DNA from: a virus
UHGV virus genome: UHGV-1351772
DNA: 64,000 nt
Direction: 5' to 3' (one strand)
Shown in pieces: positions 10,280 to 20,173 of the stretch. The position numbers and the translations under genes were made by a program. Position 1 is the first letter of the stretch; each line of letters opens with the position of its first letter. Below the pieces are notes generated by a model, which had not been told where the DNA came from, ran no database searches, and worked only from the letters and a program-made list of their open reading frames with translations.

Positions 10280-10624
10280 CTACAATAACAAGACTGTATT
10301 TTTCTTTTCTGTACCCATTTGGTAACCGATGATTTGAGTGATACTCTTCGGTAAGTCTTCGAGACCCAAACGGAATAGCACATCGTCCTCTAAGAACCCT
10401 TTTGGATTAACGAACAATACTTTCCCTTTATGGTTCTTAGCTAACTCGACAGCAAAGTCTGTAAGTCCTGTCTGTCTACCTGTACCGTAGCGGATAGTAC
10501 GGAACTCAGATAAAGCTTTGGCTCCATAACGATCGGTAAACGGATTATCTTTAGAATCCAGATCAGTTAAACCTTTTGATAATTCTTCTACTACGATGTT
10601 ATAGTTAACATGAGTTTTAGACAT
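10280..10624 (-). CDS. Hypothetical protein
   Basis: 114-aa ORF in leftward operon. Confidence 0.45.
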   Translation of the reverse strand: MSKTHVNYNIVVEELSKGLTDLDSKDNPFTDRYGAKALSEFRTIRYGTGRQTGLTDFAVELAKNHKGKVLFVNPKGFLEDDVLFRLGLEDLPKSITQIIGYQMGTEKKNTVLLL

Positions 10625-10658
10625 TTCATTGTTCCTTTTAATTACAAGCGAAATAACT

Positions 10659-10955
10659 TTATTGAAAATCTCGTTTGGCCTTGCTGATGATTTGAGATAT
10701 TCGGCTTGGCGTCACTCCGTGTATTTCGGCCAATTTCTTGTTACTTAGGCCACCCAATTTACCAACAAGAATATTCAATACACGTAAGTCTTTTAACGTT
10801 GCCGAAATCTTTTCTAAGATTTCGATATCAGCTTGATCAAACTTACCTTTGGTCTGCAATGCTATCCCAGCACGCTCGGTAATAGTTTTTAGCTCAGCTA
10901 ATCGACTAATGCCGAAAGAAGTTAACTCCGCGTACGATTTCTCATTAATCATCAT
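10659..10955 (-). CDS. Small helix-turn-helix DNA-binding protein (sigma-70 region-4-like)
   Basis: 98 aa; C-terminal segment LSNKKLAEIHGVTPSRISQIISKAKRDF resembles sigma region 4 / HTH regulators. Confidence 0.4.
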   Translation of the reverse strand: MMINEKSYAELTSFGISRLAELKTITERAGIALQTKGKFDQADIEILEKISATLKDLRVLNILVGKLGGLSNKKLAEIHGVTPSRISQIISKAKRDFQ

Positions 10956-10962
10956 GTACCCC

Positions 10963-11997
10963 TTAGACAGCTATGGGAGCTTTAATTGTGTCGTGCGATT
11001 GATATCCAACCAATTCGAAGTCTTCGAATTTGTAATCGAAGATGGAATCAGGTTTACGTTTGATAACCAGTTTAGGTAGCGGGTAAGGTTCGCGAGTAAG
11101 TTGAAGTTTTGCCTGCTCCAGATGGTTAGAGTAAAGATGAACATCTACGCCACTATAAACCAACTCGTCTGGAACCATATTGAGTTGTTGAGCAATCATG
11201 TGAGTTAACAACGCGTAAGAAGCGACGTTAAACGGTGCGCCAAGTAGGTAATCGTTGCTCCGCATCATGTAAAAACACGAAAGTTTACGACGAGGGATAC
11301 CTTCACGATCTAAGGTTTCATGAAGTCGTTCTTCGTTATCGATATCTTCGTGGTTAATAAGCGGTGCGTTCGCAAACTTTTCCGGTTCGTTTACTTCGTA
11401 CCAATCCAGTCGTTCAAGCAACGTCATTTCTGTTGTGTAAAATTGGAAATAGTTGTGACATGGATTGAGTGCCATATCGTCCAGGTCACCTACATTCCAG
11501 GCACTAACGATAATACGGCGGGAGTCAGGGTCTTCACGAAGTTGTTGGATAACTTTACTGATCTGGTCATGTGCTTTTTCATAAACCAAATACGTCGTAC
11601 TATCTTCCTTCATATTCCCGATATACTTGTAACCCCGCTGCATTAGTTGTTGTGTACGTCTTACGTCATGACACTCCACAACTTTACAGTCGCGCCATTC
11701 CCGCCACTGGTGTCCGTAGACAGGACCTAAATTCCCTTCTTCATTCGCCCAAGCATCCCAGATTTTTACCCCGTTCTCTTGCAGGTACTTCACGTTAGTG
11801 TCACCGTTTAAGAACCACAATAGTTCATGAATGATACTTTTCAGGTGAACCTTTTTCGTAGTAACTAATGGGAAACCTTCTTTCAGGTCAAAACGTAGTT
11901 GACGACCAAATACAGAAAGTGTCCCTACACCTGTGCGGTCTTTCTTGACAACACCGTTATCCAGAATGTCTTGCATTAACGCTAAATACTGTTTCAT
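10963..11997 (-). CDS. thyA: Thymidylate synthase family enzyme (ThyA-like) with two internal insertions
   Basis: 344 aa; collinear with E. coli ThyA from N-terminus ([15 protein letters not shown]...DRTG.GTLS.FG) to C-terminus ([24 protein letters not shown]...IKAPIAV); catalytic PCH and [10 protein letters not shown] motifs present; about 35 and 45 extra residues after WREW and after FQFY. Confidence 0.85.
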   Translation of the reverse strand: MKQYLALMQDILDNGVVKKDRTGVGTLSVFGRQLRFDLKEGFPLVTTKKVHLKSIIHELLWFLNGDTNVKYLQENGVKIWDAWANEEGNLGPVYGHQWREWRDCKVVECHDVRRTQQLMQRGYKYIGNMKEDSTTYLVYEKAHDQISKVIQQLREDPDSRRIIVSAWNVGDLDDMALNPCHNYFQFYTTEMTLLERLDWYEVNEPEKFANAPLINHEDIDNEERLHETLDREGIPRRKLSCFYMMRSNDYLLGAPFNVASYALLTHMIAQQLNMVPDELVYSGVDVHLYSNHLEQAKLQLTREPYPLPKLVIKRKPDSIFDYKFEDFELVGYQSHDTIKAPIAV

Positions 11998-12314
11998 TTG
12001 TTATTATTCCCCATTCGTTTCGTTAAAATGTCTAAATTACGTTGCGCTTGCTCAGGACTAAAAATAATGTTTTCCTGGCTATACGTTACATGGAAATGTT
12101 TTTTGTTAACAATCTCAACCTTAAGGCCACGAACTTCGAATTGCCGTTTAGCCTCTTCAACCTTTTTTGGTGAGATTCTAAGAAGACCCGGAAATAGTTC
12201 GTCTGCAGGAACGTAGTATTTGATTTCCTTAGTTTCGGGAATTAATTCGATTCTATCTAAACTGACGCTTATAATCTCGTCAATCTTTTTCTTTATATTG
12301 TCGTTCACAGTCAT
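11994..12314 (-). CDS. Hypothetical protein
   Basis: 106-aa ORF, 4-nt overlap with upstream gene. Confidence 0.45.
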   Translation of the reverse strand: MTVNDNIKKKIDEIISVSLDRIELIPETKEIKYYVPADELFPGLLRISPKKVEEAKRQFEVRGLKVEIVNKKHFHVTYSQENIIFSPEQAQRNLDILTKRMGNNNK

Positions 12315-12622
12315 TAGATTTTGTCCTTTTCGAGTTCAGTTAAAATTTCAAATAGGTCTGCGTTGGACTGCAGTACGATTTCACTGCCTTCTGCTACAAC
12401 GGTAATTGAAGGCTTCTTACCACGTAGCAAGAACTCCCAACGCATTGTTCTTACGTGGCTGTCGAGTAACTGCTTTAATTTGTGGTTAACTTCGACTTCC
12501 AATTTGCCCAGTAACTGAGGTGTAATAGCTTCGCCTGAGTTTTTGTTATAAAGTGTACGCACTAAAGAACGTAAAGAATAACCAATGCACTGCGAAATTG
12601 CCCAACCCGAATAGTTTTCCAT
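12314..12622 (-). CDS. Hypothetical protein
   Basis: 102-aa ORF in tightly packed leftward operon. Confidence 0.45.
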   Translation of the reverse strand: MENYSGWAISQCIGYSLRSLVRTLYNKNSGEAITPQLLGKLEVEVNHKLKQLLDSHVRTMRWEFLLRGKKPSITVVAEGSEIVLQSNADLFEILTELEKDKI

Positions 12623-12623
12623 G

Positions 12624-13169
12624 TTAATCCTTCAAAATGTCTTTAAGCTTTAGTTTTGTATAGAACGGAGAACTGCTTAGTTCTTCTGTCCAACTTATAC
12701 GTCCGTTCTGTAGAACCCGGTCGAAGATTAGGCCGTTCATCTTTACAATTCTAGCCAACTGATAAAAGAGCGTCGTGAGGTGTAGTCGACGCTCCATTTG
12801 TGCGCGTGCGGTACAACTACGTACCGCTTTGATAGCAAGTACCGCTTCCGGCATCAACGTCACCGCGATTGTCTCAGGATGTTCGTTTTTCCATTTCTTA
12901 ATGGCTAGTAGTCTGTGTAACGATTTTTCAAGGGGACGTAAATCCCCGTTATTCATCACGTAAACCAAAGCAGCAAGATCCCACAAGGCAATACCTACTG
13001 CTTTAGCAACAAACAGCCCGTCGTGTGTTGTCGTGGATTCACAGACTTTGCCAATACTTCCGTAAACACGTGCAGTCCATGCGTCTGTCTGTTCGCCAGG
13101 TTTTATACCCGCGTTATCCAGAAAGTGTTTAAACGCATTAACGTGTTCAGTTAACTGTATTTGTTTCAT
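12624..13169 (-). CDS. Hypothetical protein
   Basis: 181-aa ORF. Confidence 0.45.
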   Translation of the reverse strand: MKQIQLTEHVNAFKHFLDNAGIKPGEQTDAWTARVYGSIGKVCESTTTHDGLFVAKAVGIALWDLAALVYVMNNGDLRPLEKSLHRLLAIKKWKNEHPETIAVTLMPEAVLAIKAVRSCTARAQMERRLHLTTLFYQLARIVKMNGLIFDRVLQNGRISWTEELSSSPFYTKLKLKDILKD

Positions 13170-13183
13170 TTCCGATACCCGAT

Positions 13184-13648
13184 TTAGTCACGAGACTTTA
13201 TTTTAAGGTACGCAACCGCAGCTCCCATGATTGCAATACCGGCACCCCAACCTATCTTTTCTATTACACTCATATCGTCCCATCTTTTCTCTACGTTACG
13301 TCGTTTGGCCTCTTCTGCCCGTTCTCTCCACATCGCTTCGCGTTCCAGACAGCTGGGATTTATTTCCTCTTCACAACGACGTTTCCGTTCTTCTTCCCCA
13401 ATCAGTTCTTCTAAATAGAGTCTCGTTTCTTCCACAGCTTGTTCATAGACGTCTATGTGATCAGGAAGAACTCTCCTGTGAGCGGCTTTGTTGCGAACGG
13501 AAGCAATCATGTGGAGTTTCCGTTCGTATTTTGGTTCGAGAAGATGAGCTATGCTTTTGGTCTTCCCATGAAGCCCATGACCGGTACCGCCGAGTTTTTC
13601 CACAAGTTCTTCTACAGAAATTGCAAGATCGAGAATATATCCACGCAT
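13184..13648 (-). CDS. HEPN-like (DUF4145-like) protein with C-terminal transmembrane anchor
   Basis: Start set at MRGYILDL (GGAG upstream); motif LHMIASVRNKAAHRR matches the HEPN R-x4-H signature; coiled/charged linker; C-terminal hydrophobic segment IGWGAGIAIMGAAVAYL. Confidence 0.4.
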   Translation of the reverse strand: MRGYILDLAISVEELVEKLGGTGHGLHGKTKSIAHLLEPKYERKLHMIASVRNKAAHRRVLPDHIDVYEQAVEETRLYLEELIGEEERKRRCEEEINPSCLEREAMWRERAEEAKRRNVEKRWDDMSVIEKIGWGAGIAIMGAAVAYLKIKSRD

Positions 13649-13708
13649 AATTGTTTCTCCGCTTAAACGTAGTCTTGGGAGACATAAGTTTGTTCCCAAC
13701 TGTAAAAA

Positions 13709-14077
13709 TCATTTCAACAAAACAAGATGAATTTGGTATTCGTCATCCGCAGGAGAAGAATAATCGCCAGTTACAGGTAACGTTATATCTTCCAGTAGAG
13801 CGTGGAAGGGTAATCCACGAGCAGCCTCAACAATTCGTACAAGCGGAAAACCCGTTCTTTTAATCCAATTGTAATCGACAAACATAACACCGCCAGGATT
13901 TTCCGAACCTTCCCACACACGAATTTCCACAGTCTTTCCCGAAAAGTTGGCCAGAACGGTGCGCAGTCCTAATTGCACATAACGGGGGAAGGGTACTTCA
14001 ATAACTTGTTTTGGTAAAACAAATTCAGGGAATTTAAAACCGAAACCTTTGGGTGTACTAAAAAACTGAGCTTGCAT
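13709..14077 (-). CDS. Hypothetical protein
   Basis: 122-aa ORF. Confidence 0.45.
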   Translation of the reverse strand: MQAQFFSTPKGFGFKFPEFVLPKQVIEVPFPRYVQLGLRTVLANFSGKTVEIRVWEGSENPGGVMFVDYNWIKRTGFPLVRIVEAARGLPFHALLEDITLPVTGDYSSPADDEYQIHLVLLK

Positions 14078-14094
14078 GATAATTCTCCTTTAGG

Positions 14095-14136
14095 GTAAAA
14101 AATGAAAATACCCTACTCCTAGTCAGGAGTAGGGTA
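14095..14136 (-). terminator. Intrinsic terminator (leftward)
   Basis: Stem ACCCTACTCCT / AGGAGTAGGGT, loop AGTC; T-run on the minus strand. Confidence 0.7.
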
Positions 14137-14140
14137 GATG

Positions 14141-14800
14141 TTACATACGGGTAACTGAATCCCAGTAATCACGAAGATATTCTTGGTCTTCTGGGTCTTT
14201 CGGTGTAGCAGGGATATGACCGTCAAACTCAAACGGAATCACAGACAGAACATCGGCAATCTCGTAACGTTCGACTTCCAGTTCAACTTTCACCCAGTCA
14301 CCGACGCTGGTACTGCTACGCATTTCGGTGAGGAGATCGTTAAAGTCACCCGAAACCTCAATTGCTGGGTGTCCGGTGGTGACAGTGAAAATATCAATAT
14401 CCCAATGCTTAGCACCCTTATCGGCTAATTCACCCGGTTCTAAGTGAATACGTTTCACCAGGTGCGCCAAATAACCGTCCTTGTAAAAAGAGAGTGCAGA
14501 ACTAATCCCGATATCCGAATTCTCTTCAACCTTTCCGTCCAGGAATTTACGCTTAAGCGTTAGCTGTGCTGTACCGTCTTCTTTAATACGGATACGGCGA
14601 CGCCCACCTTCTATCGGCATGAGAATGTCCATGAACATCTTAGTGGACTGTGCGTGTAGCCAATCCCATCCCGCTTGCGTAGGTTTAACCCAGACGCAAT
14701 ATTCCTTTTCCACTTCGCGTTTAATGGATTCGCCCGCAACGCGAATAACCTCTTCTTCCTGCGCTTTTTCCAATTGCGCAAGGGTATCGAATAATCCCAT
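14141..14800 (-). CDS. Hypothetical protein
   Basis: 219-aa ORF; TAATG stop-start overlap with upstream gene. Confidence 0.5.
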   Translation of the reverse strand: MGLFDTLAQLEKAQEEEVIRVAGESIKREVEKEYCVWVKPTQAGWDWLHAQSTKMFMDILMPIEGGRRRIRIKEDGTAQLTLKRKFLDGKVEENSDIGISSALSFYKDGYLAHLVKRIHLEPGELADKGAKHWDIDIFTVTTGHPAIEVSGDFNDLLTEMRSSTSVGDWVKVELEVERYEIADVLSVIPFEFDGHIPATPKDPEDQEYLRDYWDSVTRM

Positions 14801-15642
14801 TAGATTAATCCCATACTTTCACTGACGCTCGTAATGTCGAACGTTGTGTCGTTAAAGTCGATGTTTTCTACAATAGAAACCACCAGATTAGGAAGCCATT
14901 CCGAATGGGGTGGTGTAATAACCCGGCCGTTCATAACGTAGTAATGCAAGAACGGTAATCCCATCGAATGGCAGTACGATAACACATTACCTAAGCAGCT
15001 TCCGTCAAACTTCAAGAGTCGGAGCTTACGCAATAATGCGTTTTGAAATGCACCGTTCGCGTAATCGCTAAACTCGCCAGGCCGATAATCCGTGCCCCCG
15101 TAGATACTCGCCTTTAATCGTCGTCCGTGTTGTATACATTCAGCCCCAGTCAGGGTGCGTAATAAACGGATGTCAGGATATTCAGTTTCCAAACGACCCA
15201 AAGCGTTTATTCCGTAGCCTTTGTAGAACAGATAGTCTACGATCCTTAAATAATGATAGTAGCCTTCTAACGTTAAAAACTGACCGTGAATTGTGTCGAA
15301 TTTCGCACCGTTAGGTTGCGCGTAGAAGTTACTGATCATTTTCCCTACGGTAGTACGACCGTTAGAGTAAAGGTTAAGATGGTTGATACCATCGGTAAAA
15401 GGGAGTTTTTCGGGTAACGCACAAACGTAGCCTAAACGACGAAGGTATAGGACATAAACAAAGCGCTCATCAGGAGTAAGCACGATGTTTGACGCGTTAA
15501 CGTATCCATTAGGATTATTTCGCCCAGGTTGATAACCCAGCGTTAATGCCAAAGCTTGATTGTCTTCGCCCTGGCTTTTGATCTTCTTTAATACGGAACG
15601 CAGTAATTGTGGTTCGGACATAACCGGCCTCTTAAATTGCAA
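14800..15642 (-). CDS. Hypothetical protein
   Basis: 280-aa ORF. Confidence 0.5.
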   Translation of the reverse strand: MQFKRPVMSEPQLLRSVLKKIKSQGEDNQALALTLGYQPGRNNPNGYVNASNIVLTPDERFVYVLYLRRLGYVCALPEKLPFTDGINHLNLYSNGRTTVGKMISNFYAQPNGAKFDTIHGQFLTLEGYYHYLRIVDYLFYKGYGINALGRLETEYPDIRLLRTLTGAECIQHGRRLKASIYGGTDYRPGEFSDYANGAFQNALLRKLRLLKFDGSCLGNVLSYCHSMGLPFLHYYVMNGRVITPPHSEWLPNLVVSIVENIDFNDTTFDITSVSESMGLI

Positions 15643-16906
15643 AATAGTCTTCCACGATTTTATCGGTAGACTGGTAACTTACACTGCCTGCAGCAATCAC
15701 GTAATTACGTTTCTCGGTGGTTAGTAGCGCCTGAATCGCATTTACGCCCGCATAGGTGTAAAGTTTAAGTTCAGTCATTTCTGGCGTGATGTTTTTCGCT
15801 TTGTCCCATTTTGCATCTAATCCTTTAAATAGCGTTAATAGACGAGTGCCATACGTTTTGAAACTGACACCGGGTTCAACCCGAAGGTTAGCCATAAGGT
15901 TCTGGATAACGGTGGTTGCGATCTGAGTCCCTTGCCCCGGTTGGAGTTTATCCAGATAGTATTCCGTTGAATCCAGATTACCTGTCGCTGCTGCCTGAAT
16001 CATCAGCTCGCCGTACAGTACCTCTTTCGCTTGTGCATCAGTAATCGCTTGAAGCATCGGTTCGATTTTAGCCGGTAAACCATAACTGTTCAGTTTAGTA
16101 GACAGGCCATAAATCAGCGCTGAAGAGGTATTAATGTCTAACGTGGAGAAACTGTTGCTGCCTTTAAAGCTGTTAATCAGGTTATCGATGGCTAGGAAGT
16201 CGTCTAAGTCTTTGTAGCTGTCGAAAGTATGCTGTACGTCATCAACGATCGAGGTGATTTGATAACGCATACTGTTGACTTCGGACATAAAGCCGTTGAC
16301 TTCTTGACTAACTTCCGAGGGGAGTTTAGCCAGTTGCCCAGCAATGTTCATCGTCCCTTCGAGACGTTTTTTCACTGAGTTAAAGTCGGTGCCGATACCT
16401 GATAAAACAGAGTCGGTTAAGCTGCCGATGCTGTCCCACCCTTTATTTAACAGTTTCCCCATCCCACCCGGACTTAGGTAGTCTAGCGCTTTTAGACCAT
16501 CTTCATCCTTTTTCTTAAAAGGTTCAGAAACGTCACGCTTTTGTGGATCGAGGACAGGAAGTGTTTCTTTGGTATTAGATGCAAACCCGGGAACTTTTTG
16601 TCCCGGAGATACACCGGAAGCCGAACTCCCAGCAGTCTTACTTCCGCCAACACTGGCGGTATCACTACCGCCAAAAAGGTTACCAATTTTGCTGGTCAGT
16701 TCGTTACCACCGCCAATCAGTTTGTTGAATGTTTCACCCGCACGTTCTGACAATCGGTTGACGCTATCGACCGTGCTTTTAATACCACGCTCCGCATTCT
16801 CCACCGTCGATTGTACGCGGTTTGCGGCGTTCTTTGCCGTATTAACGGAATTATCGATTGCTGACTGACCTTTATTTATCTGACTGGTTATTTGGTCGAT
16901 TTTCAT
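15632..16906 (-). CDS. Hypothetical protein with N-terminal coiled-coil and Gly/Ser-rich region
   Basis: Long ORF; start placed at MKIDQ (TGGAGA upstream) rather than the ORF-finder maximum at 16933. Confidence 0.45.
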   Translation of the reverse strand: MKIDQITSQINKGQSAIDNSVNTAKNAANRVQSTVENAERGIKSTVDSVNRLSERAGETFNKLIGGGNELTSKIGNLFGGSDTASVGGSKTAGSSASGVSPGQKVPGFASNTKETLPVLDPQKRDVSEPFKKKDEDGLKALDYLSPGGMGKLLNKGWDSIGSLTDSVLSGIGTDFNSVKKRLEGTMNIAGQLAKLPSEVSQEVNGFMSEVNSMRYQITSIVDDVQHTFDSYKDLDDFLAIDNLINSFKGSNSFSTLDINTSSALIYGLSTKLNSYGLPAKIEPMLQAITDAQAKEVLYGELMIQAAATGNLDSTEYYLDKLQPGQGTQIATTVIQNLMANLRVEPGVSFKTYGTRLLTLFKGLDAKWDKAKNITPEMTELKLYTYAGVNAIQALLTTEKRNYVIAAGSVSYQSTDKIVEDYFAI

Positions 16907-17717
16907 TCTGGTCTCCAATTTGGTATTCGTCAAGGTTTACCGTGACCTGAACTTCGTAGATTTTATTGTCTTTCTGACGCCTTAAGGTCAGAAGGATTTC
17001 GAAACTACGAACATCAATTGCCTTGAGTACCCTCATAAACCATTTCCAGGAAAACTTCTTTTTTAACCTTAGATTGTGCTGCATGTTGTGCCGCAAATCA
17101 TTTCGTTTCGACGGTGTCTGCTCACAGTTAGCAGGATCGTTAACGAAGTTTGTGGAAAGACGGTACCACCAATCCGCATTCATTTTCATGTTTGCGAAGA
17201 TAGTCCAAGTTAGCCGAGATAACGGATGCACCATCATCTTTGCGGTCTCACCACAGTTCTGGAAATAACGGTTCAATTGCGCAGTTGCAGACTCTTTAGG
17301 TCGTTCGTCGTTATCTTCGAACAAATCCCGAGCGAGATCTTCACGCACGCGTGTGGTAATTTCAGATACGGTTTTTGTTTTGAAGTGTCCTCGGTAAGTG
17401 GTTACACAAATCCGCAGTGTCTCCACTCCGGTAATCACCAACCCTTCTGTAAAACCTCGCCAGGTAAGATCGACAGGTAGTGCAGGAATGTTACCTGAAC
17501 TCAGCTTCGTGGAGATACGTTGTATTCGATCGTCCATCGTTGCTTTTGAACGTGTTTTAAATTCCGGAGACAGAATATGTTTGGCGACGGCGAGTTTATA
17601 ATCCGAAGGCTTCCATCCGATCAATTCTTTATAATTCCAATATAGTGTTTGAAGTGGTCCGCCTGCACGTTCGTCTTCAGCGTCCACGACCACACTTACT
17701 TTTTTGCTATCCATCAC
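16872..17717 (-). CDS. Hypothetical protein
   Basis: 281-aa ORF. Confidence 0.45.
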   Translation of the reverse strand: MMDSKKVSVVVDAEDERAGGPLQTLYWNYKELIGWKPSDYKLAVAKHILSPEFKTRSKATMDDRIQRISTKLSSGNIPALPVDLTWRGFTEGLVITGVETLRICVTTYRGHFKTKTVSEITTRVREDLARDLFEDNDERPKESATAQLNRYFQNCGETAKMMVHPLSRLTWTIFANMKMNADWWYRLSTNFVNDPANCEQTPSKRNDLRHNMQHNLRLKKKFSWKWFMRVLKAIDVRSFEILLTLRRQKDNKIYEVQVTVNLDEYQIGDQNENRPNNQSDK

Positions 17718-17747
17718 ATCACCTTGTTACAAGGGGTTACTGGTTTA

Positions 17748-18296
17748 TTAAATAGGACGTTCTAAAAGGTAGTGTTCAATCAACGTTTCCAACTCCCGGA
17801 ATAAATGCGCAGTTTGATTTACCAGCGCTTTGTCTTCGTCGGACTCCGGTTTAAGGAACGCCGATTCATAGGGTTGAATTAGCGCGAGTAATTTACCCAG
17901 CTTATAAGCGGCAACCTCAGGACTGGACGTCCCAAAATAAGTGTCTAGCCATCGGTATTCCGCCAAGTCGTTTCGTTTATTTAAAGCGTCAGGTAATGGC
18001 AGCCATTCGATTGAACTCCTGTTAATTGCTCGTTGGTATTCATTAATGAGAAATGCCAAACGTTGATAAACGAGGTCAATGTTATTGATACGCAATTCGA
18101 GGAAACCGCGAAGGCTGGGACGAAAGGGTTCTTCATTTATGTTTAAAGGCAACGTAAGCAATTGTAAGCCGGTAAAGACTCTGACATAGGGGTTGTGGGT
18201 GTTCTTATGGAACTCCTGCTTCAGAGACTCTCTGAGGGCTTTTAAACGATTATTCTCTAACCGTTGTTTAAAACGAGTTATTATTCCTGTTAACAT
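17748..18296 (-). CDS. Hypothetical protein
   Basis: 182-aa ORF. Confidence 0.45.
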   Translation of the reverse strand: MLTGIITRFKQRLENNRLKALRESLKQEFHKNTHNPYVRVFTGLQLLTLPLNINEEPFRPSLRGFLELRINNIDLVYQRLAFLINEYQRAINRSSIEWLPLPDALNKRNDLAEYRWLDTYFGTSSPEVAAYKLGKLLALIQPYESAFLKPESDEDKALVNQTAHLFRELETLIEHYLLERPI

Positions 18297-18367
18297 AATT
18301 CACTCCTAAAGAATGTCTCACGTAGATAATATCTGTCTGACTTCTTTTTGAAATTGAGGTAGTAAGA

Positions 18368-18832
18368 ATGGCTGACGAAGAAGTGAAATATCAGGCGTTT
18401 GATGGAGATGTGGACGACGAAGAATCGCTTCTCCGCCAAACGCAACAAGCCCGTGTACGGATTGTGAATCTCATCTTAGACGATCCACAAGCACACAAAG
18501 ACTTGAAAACGGTAGACCGATTAGGGTCTTTGCTTAACGACGTTGACAAACAAATCATTTCCAAACGTCGCGTCGCTGCTGCACAGAAAAACAGCGAAGC
18601 TAACCAAGATTTGGCGAATGCACTTAATAGCATCCTCATGCAACGTGGTAATATCAAAATACGTCGTCACGATGAGGAAGTCGAAGAAACCCAGGGCTAC
18701 CAGCCCCCCGTTCCTGTTATTCCGGATGTTGAAGTAACAGAAGGGGAGCTGGCACCAGTAGGCGAACAAATCGATGTTAGGTCCATTATGACGGCGGCGT
18801 TTGCACGTCCTGAGCAGGGCGAGCAAGACTAA
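18368..18832 (+). CDS. Acidic hypothetical protein (rightward island)
   Basis: 154-aa ORF rich in Asp/Glu (MADEEV..., DGDVDDEES, HDEEVEETQ, EQGEQD); opposite in orientation to flanking genes. Confidence 0.45.
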   Translation: MADEEVKYQAFDGDVDDEESLLRQTQQARVRIVNLILDDPQAHKDLKTVDRLGSLLNDVDKQIISKRRVAAAQKNSEANQDLANALNSILMQRGNIKIRRHDEEVEETQGYQPPVPVIPDVEVTEGELAPVGEQIDVRSIMTAAFARPEQGEQD

Positions 18833-19508
18833 ATAAAGCGGCATCTCGTGGGTCGACACCGACCCACTCTGCCATAAACCGGATATGTTCCTTAAACGGG
18901 TTAACCCCGTCTTGTTTGATTTGTTCAACCAATTCCCCGGTCAGTTCTGGTGTGAGCATGGCAGGGTGTGTGATGGTAAAGCTCGGAATCGGTTTTTTCA
19001 AGTGCGTAGCATTAAGCTTAATCCACTCGAACCAATCGTACATTATCCAGCAATCCCACGCCAACGACAATCTCCCCGGTGTGAGATCTTCTAACGACCA
19101 AGACACTAATTCAACTTGTACGTTATTGTAGTACATCCGAAACAGATTCAAAAAGGCTTGAAGTTCTTCGCCCGTTAAATCCGTATAAGGCCACGTATTG
19201 ATGGTCAGAGTGGGTTTTTCAATTGGCGAATGCATTTCGATTTCAAGCAACATACACTCGAATTCGTTTTTCATTGTTGCCAATAATTCAGTAGGCTGCG
19301 CATTAATCAACGCGCGCTTATCCCGCTTCCGCCACACTTCATCCCATTTTTCAAATCCAAGTACGCCAGCCCAAGCTTCTGTATAGCGACGACGATAAAC
19401 GTCGTAGTCTAGCAATGTTAAGCTTTCAGGCTTAACGGCTTTTACCCAACCTAAACGCGTATCAAATAACGTATCAATATCGATTAAGAAACGCCGAGAT
19501 AATCTCAT
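18786..19508 (-). CDS. Hypothetical protein
   Basis: 240-aa ORF; 3' end overlaps the convergent acidic-protein gene. Confidence 0.45.
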   Translation of the reverse strand: MRLSRRFLIDIDTLFDTRLGWVKAVKPESLTLLDYDVYRRRYTEAWAGVLGFEKWDEVWRKRDKRALINAQPTELLATMKNEFECMLLEIEMHSPIEKPTLTINTWPYTDLTGEELQAFLNLFRMYYNNVQVELVSWSLEDLTPGRLSLAWDCWIMYDWFEWIKLNATHLKKPIPSFTITHPAMLTPELTGELVEQIKQDGVNPFKEHIRFMAEWVGVDPRDAALFSLARPAQDVQTPPS

Positions 19509-20173
19509 GACGGATGGCCTATGTTGTTACCGATATGCATCGCTTTTAGGTACGCCGACCACGTACGCGTTGCTTTAGAACTCGTTCGCTCCGCCCCAGG
19601 CAAATCAATACGCCCTTTACCGGTTTGGCGTAGCGACTGATAGAAAGCACGTTGTAATGCGTCGTTACCACCACGCGCCCACAAGAACTCTTTCAGCGTC
19701 CAGTCGTGACCATCGGAATACATGATGTATGCTTCTGGGAAGGACACCCCAGATGCTTTGGAAGGACCAACGACTTGACCGGAGAGCTTATCGCGGACTT
19801 TGTCGTTTTTCGCAACCGCCATTTTCTTTTCTTGCATCTGTGTCTGACGACGGACAGGCAAGCGTAAGACTAAGTGAGGGTAACGAGTACGGTGATAGAC
19901 ACCCGTTTTTGGTTCTGTTAACCAGAGTCGTTGCTCCAGGTTTACCCCGAGAATTTTGCACACCTCGATATTGCGCAGGTGGTCAATTTCGACTTTACTT
20001 CCCACCGGGTTGTAAATAGGTAAACCGTTACGAAGTCGATTAAACTGTTCGTCGGTCATTCGTGCGAAGGCTTTCTTCGCGGCTTCAGCATTAATGCCAG
20101 AAGGGTCTACCAACTTTAAGATTTGTAAGGCGTAGGCTTCCGCCTTTTTACGCCGTGCTGGTTCGAGTTTCAT
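19505..20173 (-). CDS. Hypothetical protein
   Basis: 222-aa ORF. Confidence 0.45.
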   Translation of the reverse strand: MKLEPARRKKAEAYALQILKLVDPSGINAEAAKKAFARMTDEQFNRLRNGLPIYNPVGSKVEIDHLRNIEVCKILGVNLEQRLWLTEPKTGVYHRTRYPHLVLRLPVRRQTQMQEKKMAVAKNDKVRDKLSGQVVGPSKASGVSFPEAYIMYSDGHDWTLKEFLWARGGNDALQRAFYQSLRQTGKGRIDLPGAERTSSKATRTWSAYLKAMHIGNNIGHPS

